DNA of 63,932 bases, counting the filler, from Parasitella parasitica NRRL 2501 (Eukaryota > Fungi > Mucoromycota), in NCBI GenBank assembly GCA_025201805.1. It is 4 parts of 4 records of this genome, joined end to end, with 100 filler letters (N's around TTAATTAATTAA, not from the genome) between each part and the next. Parts side by side here need not be neighbours in the genome. Positions count along the whole stretch, not along the records: positions 1 to 23,252 come from MU619300.1; 3 more parts are not named here. The stretch is one strand, 5' to 3'. Of this stretch, positions 1 through 13,073 are shown piece after piece. The notes below the pieces were generated by a model. The model had not been told where the DNA came from, ran no database searches, and saw nothing but the letters and a program-made list of their open reading frames with translations. How positions within the stretch are numbered: the stretch's first letter is position 1; the number at the start of each line of letters is the position of its first letter. The translations under genes and the position numbers were made by a program.

Positions 1-434
1 CATCAATAAGGATTGCACAGCAATAAGATGCTTTTTTTACAGTAGGAATCACCGCGTGCTGAATAGCGATTTACTCTAACATAAAGACATTATTTAAAAG
101 TAGAGCACATAATTGCGTTCAAATTTATAACCCACAAATTTACAGTCAAAAACCAACATACGAAAAGTGGCCTCCAAGAATTGATGTCGAGTTTTGCAGC
201 ATTGTTTTACTAAATACTTGTGAAGACAAACCATGTCAATATTAATATTTCATTAGTCAATTGTACATCCTAAGTTTGCGCCAAACTATGATTGCCAATC
301 GTCCGAATGGCAATGAGCTGACTGTTCCTATTTAACCCTTATTTGGGTTTTGGGTCTGTTTTACGCGGGCCCAACATCGGCTATTCGTTCTTTTCTTTTT
401 CCTTGCTCTTTCCTTATTTCAGAAGCAAAGTAAA

Positions 435-1161
435 ATGTCTACACAACACACAATGTCAACTACCATTAATACACTAATGAAACAATTAAAAGGTATTACC
501 CCCGTGGATATATTAAGCGTTTGGCTAACACAAAGGTTTATCTTTTTTAGAAAACCCTGTAAACTGGGCTCTTGTAGCTGTAAGTCTCTTGCTCCTCGTT
601 CTTTCACCACCGCCAACTAACCAATATAGCCTTAGATATTAGCCTATGTAGTAAAGTCGTATGCTAGCGCAAGCAAACCAGTCTTTCAGGAAGCAAAACA
701 TCCAGAAGTGATGGTCTTCAAGAATTACACACCACTGGACCTTCTGCCCTTTGATGGGCTTGGTAAGGACGGACGTATACTCATGGCTGTGAACGGATCT
801 ATCTACGATGTTACGCGGGGCAGGAATTTCTATGGGCCAGGTATATTGCGAAGGTAGGAGTATATCAAGGCAAAAGCTGATGCTCCATTTGTAGGTGGAC
901 CTTATGCTAATTTTGCGGGACATGATGCTTCCCGTGGATTGGCCAAGAATTCATTTGATGCTGATATGCTTACTGACCCAAAGGACCCAATTGATAAGCT
1001 CGAGGATTTGGCAGCAGATGAATGGGACTCATTGAGGGAATGGGAGGTTTGTCTTTTATCTTTTTGCTGATCTAATGGCTCTTTAATTCACATACTTGTT
1101 ATAGCAACACTTTGCTTCCAAGTACCTCTTTGTTGGCAAACTGATTGAGAATCAACAATAA
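435..1161 (+). CDS. DAP1: Membrane-associated progesterone receptor / cytochrome b5-like heme-steroid binding protein (Dap1-like), spliced
   Basis: Spliced translation [14 protein letters not shown]...[22 protein letters not shown]|[21 protein letters not shown]...EWDSLREWE|[13 protein letters not shown] is the MAPR/cyt-b5 signature. GT-AG introns near 841-894 and 1047-1104. Stop at 1161. Start and first exons uncertain. Confidence 0.88.
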
Positions 1162-1301
1162 AAGCATCCATAAATATTTAGGTCATGCGACTGTCAAGTT
1201 TACCTTTCTTTTTGTATAAATATATAAATGTGTTGATGTTATCTTCTCTTTCTTTAAATTTTTCCTTTCCTTTGCTACCATCATTTTTTATTAAAGAACC
1301 C

Positions 1302-2825
1302 ATGTCCTCGGCCCAGTCAGGTAGTGTTCATTTCCTTCTTTTTTTTTTTTTTTTTTTTTTTTTTTTNNNNNNNNNNNTTCTGGCTGTACATGCTAAATCT
1401 TTAAACATAGATCCATCAATATGCTACTTAGCGGAATTACCTGATGAACTTCAATTGGTAATTCTTGGTCAACTGCCACTTAAAGATCTTTTGAAGTCAA
1501 CTGAGGTATATCTTTGCTGATACAATCTATTCATAAACTGACAAATTCTCATCAAACATAGGTTTGTCACAGATGGCGCAGTCTGGTCTACAGTGGCTCC
1601 TTGTGGACAGCAATCAACATGAGTCCAGTGTATAAACTCATTCCAAACAACACAATTATCGAATTGATTGTCTCGTCCGGTAAATTTTTAAAAGAGGCCA
1701 ATTTCAGGTACGCGAGCCGCTTGTCTGTGGTTTCTTGTATTAACAGTATACACGCATAGAGGGTGCATTCAGCTTGAAAGCCTTGGACTGGAGAAGCTGA
1801 CCACATGCTGCCCTAACGTTGAGGTTCTGAATGTCAGAGACTGTCAGCACTTGTCCTCTTTTGATATTGGTAGGTTTCTTGAAAAAGCTGCCAACTTGAA
1901 GGTATTAGATGTGTCGGGGCTGAGAAAAGTTAAACCCGCAACACTGGCGAATGCAAAATGCTCGAAACTAGAAAGACTTGAAATGAGCTGGTGCACCAAC
2001 ATCACTGGTGCTGACATCTTACCGCTAGTACAGCAATGTTCAGCTACACTGACTTATCTGAAGATCAATAAATGCCCTGGATTAGACAATGAAGACACCA
2101 TGCTTTCATTAGGAAATAATCTGCCAAATCTAACTCACCTCAGTCTAGCTTATTGCACCGATCTGACCGATTCCGCACTAGAAACATTTTTATCATCTTC
2201 GCCAAGCAGAAAAATCACACATTTGAATCTATCCGGATGTGCAAACTTATCCGACACAACACTGTCGAATTTGGCGAGATATACACAAGAAATTCAGCAT
2301 TTGGAGCTGGCCAACTGTCAGCTGATGACAGACAGGGGATTGAGTCCTTTATTTGCTCGCGTACAGACATTTACGTTTCTCGATCTGGAAGGCATCTTCC
2401 AACTCACAACAACTTCAGTAAGCTCTATTGCGGACCATCAGCCTCATTTACAAAGACTTTGCTTGTCGGATTGCGCACATGTTTCAGATGCTGACGTCGA
2501 GGACCTGGTCAAACGTTGCCCTGAATTATATCATTTAGAAATGGATAATTGCATGATAACAGATGTTGCGCTAAAATCCATTGCGGATCATCTTGAGCAA
2601 CAGCAAGAACCAAGAGAACTCAGACTAGAGGTGTTGGACTGTAGAAATTTATCAGAGAAGGGTATTAAAACGATAATGAAGTCGAGTTCATTGTTGACTA
2701 TCAAAAGCATCTTCTCCTTTGAGGACGACGACAATGAAAGCAGCAATCGTAGTGGTCGCTATAGAGCCTTTAGTAGTAGAAGACAGAGGAGGATACACGC
2801 CGATGATGGCTGTTTAATCTGTTAA
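1302..2825 (+). CDS. F-box/leucine-rich-repeat protein (FBXL2/20-like), spliced
   Basis: F-box LAELPDELQLVILGQLPLKDLLKSTE|VCHRWRSLV followed by many cysteine-containing LRRs (LxxLxLxxCxxxTD) in ORF 1851-2825. C-terminus ends GCLIC (CaaX-like, as in FBXL2/20). Confidence 0.85.
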
Positions 2826-3173
2826 TTATTTAACATTAGATAGTAGATTGTTGGTAAATAACAAATAAACCGTTATGATTTCTACACAAGCATATTGTCG
2901 CAGGCATTGTTGTACTGTACACTGCACTCAAGCAGATGGGTAGCCAGGAGCTTAGTAATCTAACGGCACACAGAGGTAGAAACTGCAATCCGTTGCTAAG
3001 TATCATGACTTGAGGATACTACGGTATTGTAGAGAGCTGGTAAGCACCTCAGCATGCAAGCTACGAAACAATGAGTTTAAAATGGTCATCCACTACTATA
3101 TAAAGCCTGTAACGGCTGTGGCCGGGCTGACTCGTCTCTTTTTCCTACACATATCTTGTAGCCTCTCAGCGAT

Positions 3174-4823
3174 ATGCAAACAGCTACTGCTAGACAATTG
3201 TTTGTATGTACGCGTTTGTCGCTACACACAAGCAAGAAAGCATATATCACTTACGCAGCGCCATCTCTATATCTCAGACCGACTCAACACGTTTTGAGAC
3301 GAACACTTACGCAGCATCGACAACAGCCATCAAACTCGTTTACAGCTTTTCATCGACCTCGCACACCGTGGATAATTGGTGGCATCCGCCAGCATGGATC
3401 TCATGGGCATGGGCATGGGCATGGCCATAGTCATCACCACCATGACGCCGATCTCGTTGCTTCTCTCAAATCTTCTAGTAAGTAGCATGTCATTGTGAGC
3501 GATGTAGATGCAATTCCATTAAATATGTCATAGGCAAAAGAGGAACTCGAATTACGATCATTGGTTTGGCATCGAATGTCGGTCTGACGATCACAAAAGG
3601 CGTGGCAGGGTGGTAAATTATAGCAGCCAAAGATGCGAAACGGGGCGCACTTGATGAACTAATACGCACGTATTACGAATAGGGTTATGAATTCTGCGTC
3701 TCTTCTGGCTGAAGCGCTTCATTCTTTCAGTGGTGAGCAATCAGATCCATAGCACATTAATTGACACTGCCTTACTGACAATTGTAGACCTACTGAGTGA
3801 TTTTGTTACATTGTATACTTTTAAAATGTCCAGAAAGCCTGCCGACAGTGTTTACCCGTATGGATATGGTATGATTATTTCTACATACAATGTCCGCAAA
3901 ACTAACAGAAAATAACGCAGGTAAATTCGAAACAGTTGGATCTGTCACTGTATCATCGTTACTCTTGGCAGGAGCTGTTGGCATTGGGTGGCATTCGTTT
4001 GATCTCTTGTTGGCGACACTACAAACAGCTGGGCCGCTTGTATCGGATTCAGCTGCAACTGCTGCTGCTGTTGCGAGCGGCAGTGCTGCTGAAAATGCGG
4101 CAGCAGCTTCACCACCACAGGCTCACGGTCATGGTGGCGTGTTGGACCCTAATGCTGCTTGGTTTGCTTTGGCGAGTGTTCTTATCAAGGAGTGGCTCTA
4201 CAGAGCTACAATCAAGGTTGGTGAAGCTGAACGAAGCGAAGTACTCATGGCCAACGCATGGTAAGTAACCAGAGAAGCTGTTAAAGGGGACGTATACTGA
4301 TGTATGTTTATATACATATACATGTGTCTCCAGGCACCATCGTTCAGATGCATATTCAAGTGCTGTTGCGCTGGTGGCCATTGTTGGCAGTTACGCTGGC
4401 ATGCCAGTGTTGGATCCTCTTGGTGGCATTGTTGTGTCTGGCATGCTCATCAAAAGCAGCGTTGGACTATTGGGAACCTCGATGAAAGAATTAATGGATA
4501 AGGGCATTACTCTTGAACAGCTAGACGCAATTATAAATGAAATCGCTAGGGTCAAGAATAAAGAGCCAGATTTAGTCAATTTTCATTCTGTTCGTGGTCG
4601 CAAGCAAGGACCATTCACTCATATTGATCTAGTTTTGCAGCTGAATCCTGCCATCTCTATGAAGAAAGCCTATCAGATTGAAGAGTTGGTGCGCTCATCA
4701 GTCAAGGGCAACTTTGATAATGTTCAAGACATCCTCATTTACCTGGAAGACGCAAATGCGGCAGCTAAAAAGTACGGACAGCGGAATTATGACCATGAAG
4801 AGCACCAGCACTTTCATCTTTAG
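3174..4823 (+). CDS. Mitochondrial cation diffusion facilitator (Mmt1/Mmt2-like metal transporter), spliced
   Basis: Arg/Ser/Thr-rich presequence, His-rich HGHGHSHHHH, motifs SASLLAEALHSFSDLLSDFV, YPYGYGKFE, LMANAWHHRSDA, DPLGGIVVS, and a C-terminal dimerisation domain. Confidence 0.9.
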
Positions 4824-5105
4824 AATTGTATGTTTTTGATAGACTTACAACCTTTATCTCCACTTTAGTTTTGTAATTTTTTGTTTTTTTCTCTCTCTTT
4901 ACATTTATCACATTTAGTTGTTATAGAATCGCCCTTCCTTACATTATTATAGATATTTTTTAAATTAAAATCATTCTGGTATTGATATTTATATAAAGAC
5001 TTTATTCATCACTAATGCTGGTTTTTGGTGTAATCAAGTCTTTGTTGCTACCAGACCTTAAATCACTGTATCCTTTGCCGCTCCAATGAGTTCTCAGTTT
5101 TATCA

Positions 5106-5490
<385 letters not shown>

Positions 5491-5838
5491 GAACAAGTTT
5501 TTATTAAAATACGTGGTAACCACCATGTATAGTAGCTTCATAACAGTCGCAAGGCTATAAAGCGCCGTTCTCGTACGTACAATATAAAGTCGTTTTGCGG
5601 TATCGGTGTTTAAGGATTTGTTGTCTAGATGATAGGATACGCATCGTTCGACGGCGCATACAAGCCAGACAAGCAGGTAGCCGAACCAATGTTGTTACTC
5701 TCTTGCAATGAAAGTGACTTAAATAGTAAGTGTATCCAGTTGGAATATGTTTTGAAAGAGTGTATATCAAAAGTAGTTACTCGTTAGAAAGACAATTAGA
5801 CCAAGTTACCACTGTGGAACCATTGTTTCCCATTTTCC

Positions 5839-5895
<57 letters not shown>

Positions 5896-6039
5896 CAAAT
5901 GTGGAACGATGTTAAACTAGCTATTTTCGACATCCATCAACGCTGTAATACTGTACTACTATCACAACCAGGACTACTAAACATGTTTTTTAGTCGCTAC
6001 TGCGGCTTAAATTCGAGCTTTATCAACAATTACACCAAT

Positions 6040-6894
6040 ATGGAAGACATAATTCGAAAATACTGGTTGAAGCCTTCTACATACAATACAGCTGTAGGCA
6101 TATATGCTACAGTGCCGTTTTTGATGCTTCCTGCCTTGTGCATTGTCAATGCTCCTTATGGTAAACAAAAATAAAAAGAAAACCAACGCGTGCGTATTAA
6201 GGAATTCACATTTGTAATAGGTAGGTTCGCAGGAAAACTAGGAATAGATTGGAGCCTGTCTGGAAAATGGAGTTGGGCTCTGATGGAAGTTATATCGCCT
6301 ATCATGTTTACAAGCTCAATTATATTTACGCGACCCACTGGAACCCCATTCCAAATCTTGTTGTCTGCTGCTTGGATTATCCACTATGTTAACCGAAGTA
6401 TCGTCTATCCATTCCGGGCAGCCTCCATGGCACCGATCCATATTTTGGCATTTGTCAGCTCCATCTTCTTTAATATTTTAAATGGCTATACAAACGGCGT
6501 TTGGGTTGGACGCCATAGTAATGCAACAGATGCACAGTTTTGGACAGGCATGTTGTTTTGGTCGCTGGGTTTTGCATCCAACGTGTATCACGATAGCATC
6601 TTGTTTCGCCTTCGACAAAGGTCCAAGAACGAGGACAGGCAAAGCGCCAGTAGGTACTTTATCCCTCATGGCGGATTGTTTGAATACGTTAGCTGCCCAA
6701 ATTACTTTTCAGAGACGGTAGAATGGCTGGGATATGCACTCGCAGCACATTCTAGTGTGCCTGCAGTCATTTTTTCCATTGCAACTGCAGCCAATTTGTT
6801 CCCTAGAGCATGGCGTACGCATCAGTGGTATCAAAATCAGTTCAAGGACGCTTATCCACAGAACAGAAAAGCCGTGGTGCCATTTTTATTATAA
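6040..6894 (+). CDS. 3-oxo-5-alpha-steroid 4-dehydrogenase (steroid 5-alpha-reductase, SRD5A1/DET2-like)
   Basis: APYG|RF across one intron (~6161-6220), HYVNRS, NGYTNG, IPHGGLFEYVSCPNYFSETVEWLG, PRAWRTHQWY, YPQNRKAVVPFLL. Confidence 0.92.
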
Positions 6895-7932
6895 TTCTGA
6901 AGAATTAAGCTGGCGCTTCACAACATACTTTTCATATCTATAAAAATGATTCCACATGTCTCGTTTTGATCTTTTTGACCCCAATTCTTCCTTTGCTTTA
7001 AGCATGTCTCGTCCGTGTTTCATACAGGTCTTGTAAATCTGTTCCTCCTCTTCTAATGTCCATTCGGATTTATCAATGTGTGGCGCCAAGGTATTGTGGT
7101 AGTGCTGGGAGATGTGACGAGGCGTACGTGAAATTCCAGATACTTTGGCAATAGCAGCAAAATTTTCACCGTACTTCTCAACAGCCTCGAGAATTTTGGC
7201 GTCTTCAGCCTTTGTAAACCTGCCCTTCTTTTCACTAGTCATTTGCCAGCGCCAGCGTTCCAAACACTGGCGTGGAGTTCTCGAGCGCATGAACAAAGCG
7301 ACTTGATCCATATTTTCCTCTCCAAACTTGAGAATCAAATTTCTCAGCTTTTCCACTTCGTCAAATGTCCATTTTCCATGCTTTATGGCTGGGTCGACGG
7401 TATGCTTGTAGGTCTGTGTGACCATGAAAAGAGGCCTCTGAACAGGCAATTTTTCTTGAATCGATTTCCAATCTTGTATGTCACAAAAGGATTTTCCTTG
7501 GCCAAGATCTTTGAGTGCCTTTAATTCTTCCTTTGACCATGGACCTCTTGCACGGGCTTCATGTAATAGATTATATCGGTTCAGCAAGGTGCTGGGTGCA
7601 CGATCGACAAACTGTTTTGAAATAAATGTCCATCGTTTTCCATGTGTTTTGATCAAGTCGATTAATCTTTCGTCTTCTTCCACAGTCCAGTTGCAGCGAG
7701 AACGAAGAAGTCCTTTTTTTTCAATCTCATATGCCTTTTTACGAAGCAATTCAGTGGGAGTATATTGAGGCTGACCAAGCCATTCCTGCTTGCTCTCATC
7801 TTGCTCTCGCCGGTTAAAAAAGCCTGTGTGAAATAGCTTTGCAGGTGTCGTCGAAAGTGCGACTCGAGCGCACAAAAGCGCGAATTTAGGATCACTGGTA
7901 ATATCGAAAGCCTTCTTCAGTAATGCTGACAT
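6889..7932 (-). CDS. Multi-Myb/SANT-repeat protein (about 5 repeats), intronless
   Basis: Repeats start WTVEEDERL, WSKEELKAL, WTFDEVEKL, FTKAEDAKI, WTLEEEEQI, with RTPRQCLERW helix-3 motif. First ATG at 7932. Confidence 0.85.
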   Translation of the reverse strand: MSALLKKAFDITSDPKFALLCARVALSTTPAKLFHTGFFNRREQDESKQEWLGQPQYTPTELLRKKAYEIEKKGLLRSRCNWTVEEDERLIDLIKTHGKRWTFISKQFVDRAPSTLLNRYNLLHEARARGPWSKEELKALKDLGQGKSFCDIQDWKSIQEKLPVQRPLFMVTQTYKHTVDPAIKHGKWTFDEVEKLRNLILKFGEENMDQVALFMRSRTPRQCLERWRWQMTSEKKGRFTKAEDAKILEAVEKYGENFAAIAKVSGISRTPRHISQHYHNTLAPHIDKSEWTLEEEEQIYKTCMKHGRDMLKAKEELGSKRSKRDMWNHFYRYEKYVVKRQLNSSEL

Positions 7933-8117
7933 GTTGAAAATATGTAAAGTAAAAGAGAAACCCAGTAGAAAAATCAAATAGAAAACAAAAATCCCCCGGC
8001 TTAAAAGCACACCTCTGAGGTGCGATGCTTCGGAGAGCAAAGGAGAACGTGTAAATCACATTGGAAGATGTATTTGTTATTTCAAAATTTTAAATTATCC
8101 AACAGGTATCATTTGCA

Positions 8118-9043
<926 letters not shown>

Positions 9044-9621
9044 GGTTTTTGCAGTGAAAGAAGGAAAAATAATAGATATATGCGCGCTTTTTACCATGAT
9101 GGAAAAATCACGTGTGGATATCCATACATTGTTTTCACTTGCAATGCTTTGTATTGTCAACTCTGAATGAGGTCCTCAATATGGCAAGAGACGCATTGAG
9201 CATGTGGTAATATCAGTAACAATGTTACTTCTAAGAAGGGTTTGACTTGACAGCATGCTTTTCTCAGTTGCATGGCCATGTATGTCCAGAAGATATATAC
9301 AAACCATTTGTATTTATTCAACACTCGACATGCGACAAACATGTCCATCAGACCTTATGAACATGTGCTTATATAAAACGATAGATGATAATTACCTGCA
9401 AACACTCAACAGTGGGGTCACCGTGAACCAAGACCTATCTGACGACGCTTTCAGTGAGTTTTCTAAAAATTCACCAGCTGGACGGGTTTTTCTCTCTTTC
9501 CCTTCCTATACCAAAAGGCTTGCTTTCTTCCCAACATAATTAAAATATCAAAAGGTACGCAGCATTGTTTTGAAGCTGTTGGATATGGGCGCTAACTATT
9601 TTTTAATTGATGTAGAGCATC

Positions 9622-10210
9622 ATGTCTGAAAGAGTAAACTTGCAATGACATACGCGATGGGAGGAGGGGTTTTTTTTGTATACTGATATTATTTGTTGTA
9701 GGGCGGCCGTGGTCATTACAACAGCAGAGGTGGAGAGAGAGGCGGCCGTGGAGGAGGTAGAGGAGGTAGCTCCAGAGGCGGCCGTGGTGGATACCATAAT
9801 AACCAACAAGATAAAACCAAGAAGGAGTCCATTTTTGACCCAAGCAAATACATGGATAAAAAAGTTCGTGTTAGATTCAATGGTGGCAGAGAAGGTATGA
9901 TTTTTGTGAGGTGTTCATCTATGTGTTGACTGAATGGGCTATCTGCGAATAGTTGTTGGTACTTTGATGGGCTACGATCCTTTATTAAATCTGGTGTTGG
10001 ATAATACTATTGAATATCAAAAGGGTAATTGAATGCCAAATCTCAATCAACATCGCCTCTAATTTGTTTTCCTCTTATTTAGATCTTGAAACTGGATATA
10101 TCACTGAAAAATCTAGGCAGTTGGGTTTATCAGTACTTCGTGGGACAGCAATTATTCTTATTTCTCCTTTCGACGGTATGAAAGAGATTGAGAACCCTTT
10201 TGCTCAATAA
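9622..10210 (+). CDS. LSM7: U6 snRNA-associated Sm-like protein Lsm7 with N-terminal RGG extension
   Basis: Spliced: MSER|GGRG...KPRRSPFFDPSKYMDKKVRVRFNGGRE|VVGTLMGYDPLLNLVLDNTIE...RQLGLSVLRGTAIILISPFDGMKEIENPFAQ*. Confidence 0.9.
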
Positions 10211-10539
10211 AAAAAAAAATATTTGTAAAACTGCATTGCTGATGGGCATATGAACCAGGCAGGGGATTGATGATTTTATTGTGATCAGCCTAATCAGTGT
10301 GACATACAGAAAGTATGTATTTCCCAAAAGTGCGATGGCCATCAACACAGCCTCCATTTTGCAGCTCGTTGCTTGACATGATATGCACTTGTTATTCCTA
10401 CAATATAACTACGGTATTCCTATGAAGAATTTTTACATACGTAAAAATAAACCTTAAGACAGAAAAAATCAGTTCAAGGCTTATGTATAGACTTGATGCA
10501 TGTAAAAATCTCAAACACTGTCAAGGGTATTTGTGTTTG

Positions 10540-11003
10540 CTACAGTAATTTTACTTCTTTCTTGAGGTTTGAGGCTTGCTGTCTTCCTTCTCCACGTTAG
10601 AACGATTGGGATAAGGGCATCATATTTCGAGCTGTATCAACGTCTCTTTGCTAGACCTTGTTGCAGCTTTCGCATAACAGAATACCAACTTCTTTGAAAC
10701 CGTATGTCTTGACAGCATTCAAGCTTTTGGAAAAATAGAAACTTCATTTTTGTTGAACTACTATATTCGTCAATGGTGGTAATAATGACTTGACCTTCAG
10801 ACTCTCTCTGTGTCAATGCTTGATATAACTCTCCTACAACCCCACACTTCAACCCTTTAAACTTCACAAGGTCTTTACCAAAGAGGCCAGCACCAAAGAC
10901 AATAAGAGGTACCTCTGTTTTATTCTCGTTGAATTGAGCCGGTTTCCATTTTGCAATCCTATTTGTTATATTGTTGCGAAGGCTCGGCTATGGGATGTAC
11001 TTA
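10540..11003 (-). pseudogene. Decayed Fanzor/TnpB-like RuvC nuclease, C-terminal part
   Basis: Manual translation across one frameshift: KWKPAQFNENKTEVPLIVFGAGLFGKDLVKFKGLKCGVVGELYQALTQRESEGQVIITTIDEYSSST / *SFYFS...GILLCESCNKV*QRDVDTARNMMPLSQSF*RGEGR. This matches the Fanzor1 layout (xVFGxG, DEYxTS, Zn ribbon CxxC, W-x-RD-x-x-A-x-N, GRP-like tail). Confidence 0.8.
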
Positions 11004-11169
11004 AAAAAAGACATAAGCTTATTCAACTAATCTGTATTCCAGTACATATCAAGTAGCTATTACTCAAATACTACTTATATCCAGAGAAAAAAAAATTCAT
11101 TGATAATAGATTTGGAATATTTATATTGATTTGATCCTTTTTTTTTTCTCTCTATACTTCTCAAACCTC

Positions 11170-12880
11170 ATTGCTCACAACAATCGTATCCCCATTTACT
11201 GGAGAAGATGGTCCAAGGTAAATGCTGATTGGCAAATATATTTTAGGCCTCGTCTTATACATCTCAAGTTGGTCTGCCTAGTAATGATGTGGCAAGTCTA
11301 GGATTTATCCTGCTGCATATATGTGTCCTTCCCTGACTTCTCCTTGGTGTCAAAAGGTCCTAACCACCGGGGAACCAGGATATTACCATTTCTGATAACC
11401 GTATGGTGTTGAAACATGACCTTATCATGTACCTTAAATAGCTTGTTTTTTGCTATCTTCCATAGTGCTTGTTCATCACAATGACTTCTGGAATGAAATT
11501 TCTATTCAACTTGACTAATTTATCTATACGATTTAACAGAGCTTATTTCTTCGACATACAACAAGTCTTCATTTTCCAAAGTGGTGATTTGGTGGTTTTC
11601 CATAGGTTAGCGTGAATGGTGAGTATGTACCATCAATTTTGACTACTGTTCTCATCACAAGCAAGGAAGCTGGTAGAAACATATCCCTATCTGTGGCATA
11701 CTCGAAGTCGTTTTTCTTTGGGATCGATTTTAGAGTTCGATTTGGCCTTTCCACCTTTTCTTGTTGTTTGTGGCCGATATAGTGCCCCAAAAATAATATG
11801 TGTGTCGTAGGCATTAATCATATATCCTTGCATTTCAATTGCAGTAAGATGATTCATATCGTCGGTTACTATATGATCAGGGCATCCAATTTAAAAAGCA
11901 CCAAGCACGTCGAGCCCCTATTTTGTGTAGATATTGGTTCCGCATGAACCCACAAACTTGCATAAGCAATTGGCACTAAGGCAGCCAAATTTTCTTGCGA
12001 TGCTTTAGGACCGTATATTTAATCGATTCCAATCTTGGAAAAGCACTACTCACTCGGTTTTCTACACAAAGATACTTTCTTGATTGCAGTGCGAAATCCT
12101 TGACGTACAGCGCAGCTTTTGCACATATGTTCTCACAGTGTCCTAATACCGAGGTCAATAGTATTTAATTTTGATTCTCTGGTATGTAGCTCCAATTCCT
12201 TGATGTCCGGCCAAGATATGATCATGATTCTCTCTTGTAACATTCAGTACCTCCTCTTGACTAGTCACCAATCTCTTTTTAGGATATTCTCGTGTAGCAT
12301 TCTAGAATAGCTTTCCCCCCTCGAAGTAGAACCTACGAGCCTGATGTCGTAACGCATTTCTTATAATGAGCTGAATATTTCCATTCAGTCAGATAACCTA
12401 CCGAAATCTTATCCATGTCCATGCCCATTGCCGCAGATCCAGTTATTTGGTTATTTGCCAAGTGTTCCAGAGTAGCTTTGCCTTTCTTTGTTACTCTTTG
12501 GTCCTCCGTATTTCCATCTTCCAGCTCGTATCTGATTATATTTAAAAAGCTAAATCATGATTCATTATAATCTTGTCAGCTTCCAAGTCTTTCAAGGGTT
12601 CATCAGGTAACCTGTGCATGGCATCAGCATGCACGTTTACTTTGCCCGTCTTGTATATCATATCAAATATATACCCAATGAGAGAAGCTAGCCATCGAAC
12701 TACCTTAGCACTTGCATATTCCGTAAACTTAATAACATTTTGTAGGCTCTTTCGGTCAGTACATACTGCAAAATGATTTCCCATGAGTTTTTGTTTAAAG
12801 AAATTTATGAAATACACAATCACCAGAAAATCTTTCTTTTTTGAATCACTCAGCGCCTTGCTACCGACAAAGATGGGATC
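11170..12880 (-). mobile_element. Degenerate Ty3/Gypsy pol remnant (RNase H plus integrase)
   Basis: NHFAVCTDRKSL...KVVRWLASLIGYIFDMIYKTGKVNVHADAMHRLP (RNase H end), VERPNRTLKSI, YSPFTLTYGKPP and PRWLGPF (integrase, GPY/F). Many stops and frameshifts. Confidence 0.8.
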
Positions 12881-13073
12881 ATTGTATCCATAGAATACTA
12901 TTTCAACGCAGTTGCCATGGCAACCGTTCCTGATCGGATCGGATCGAAGGTTAAATGTCATCGATTATTCCATCTAGTAAATAGAAGTAATCAATAGAAT
13001 GTCTTGTATAAGAAACTATATTTGTGGTTTCTAATTGTATATTGTAGAGCTCAACTTATCGATGATTGATACA

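Noticed and set aside
9676-9900. Acidic Glu/Ala/Val-rich ORF
   Set aside because: Alternative frame of the RGG-coding exon of LSM7.
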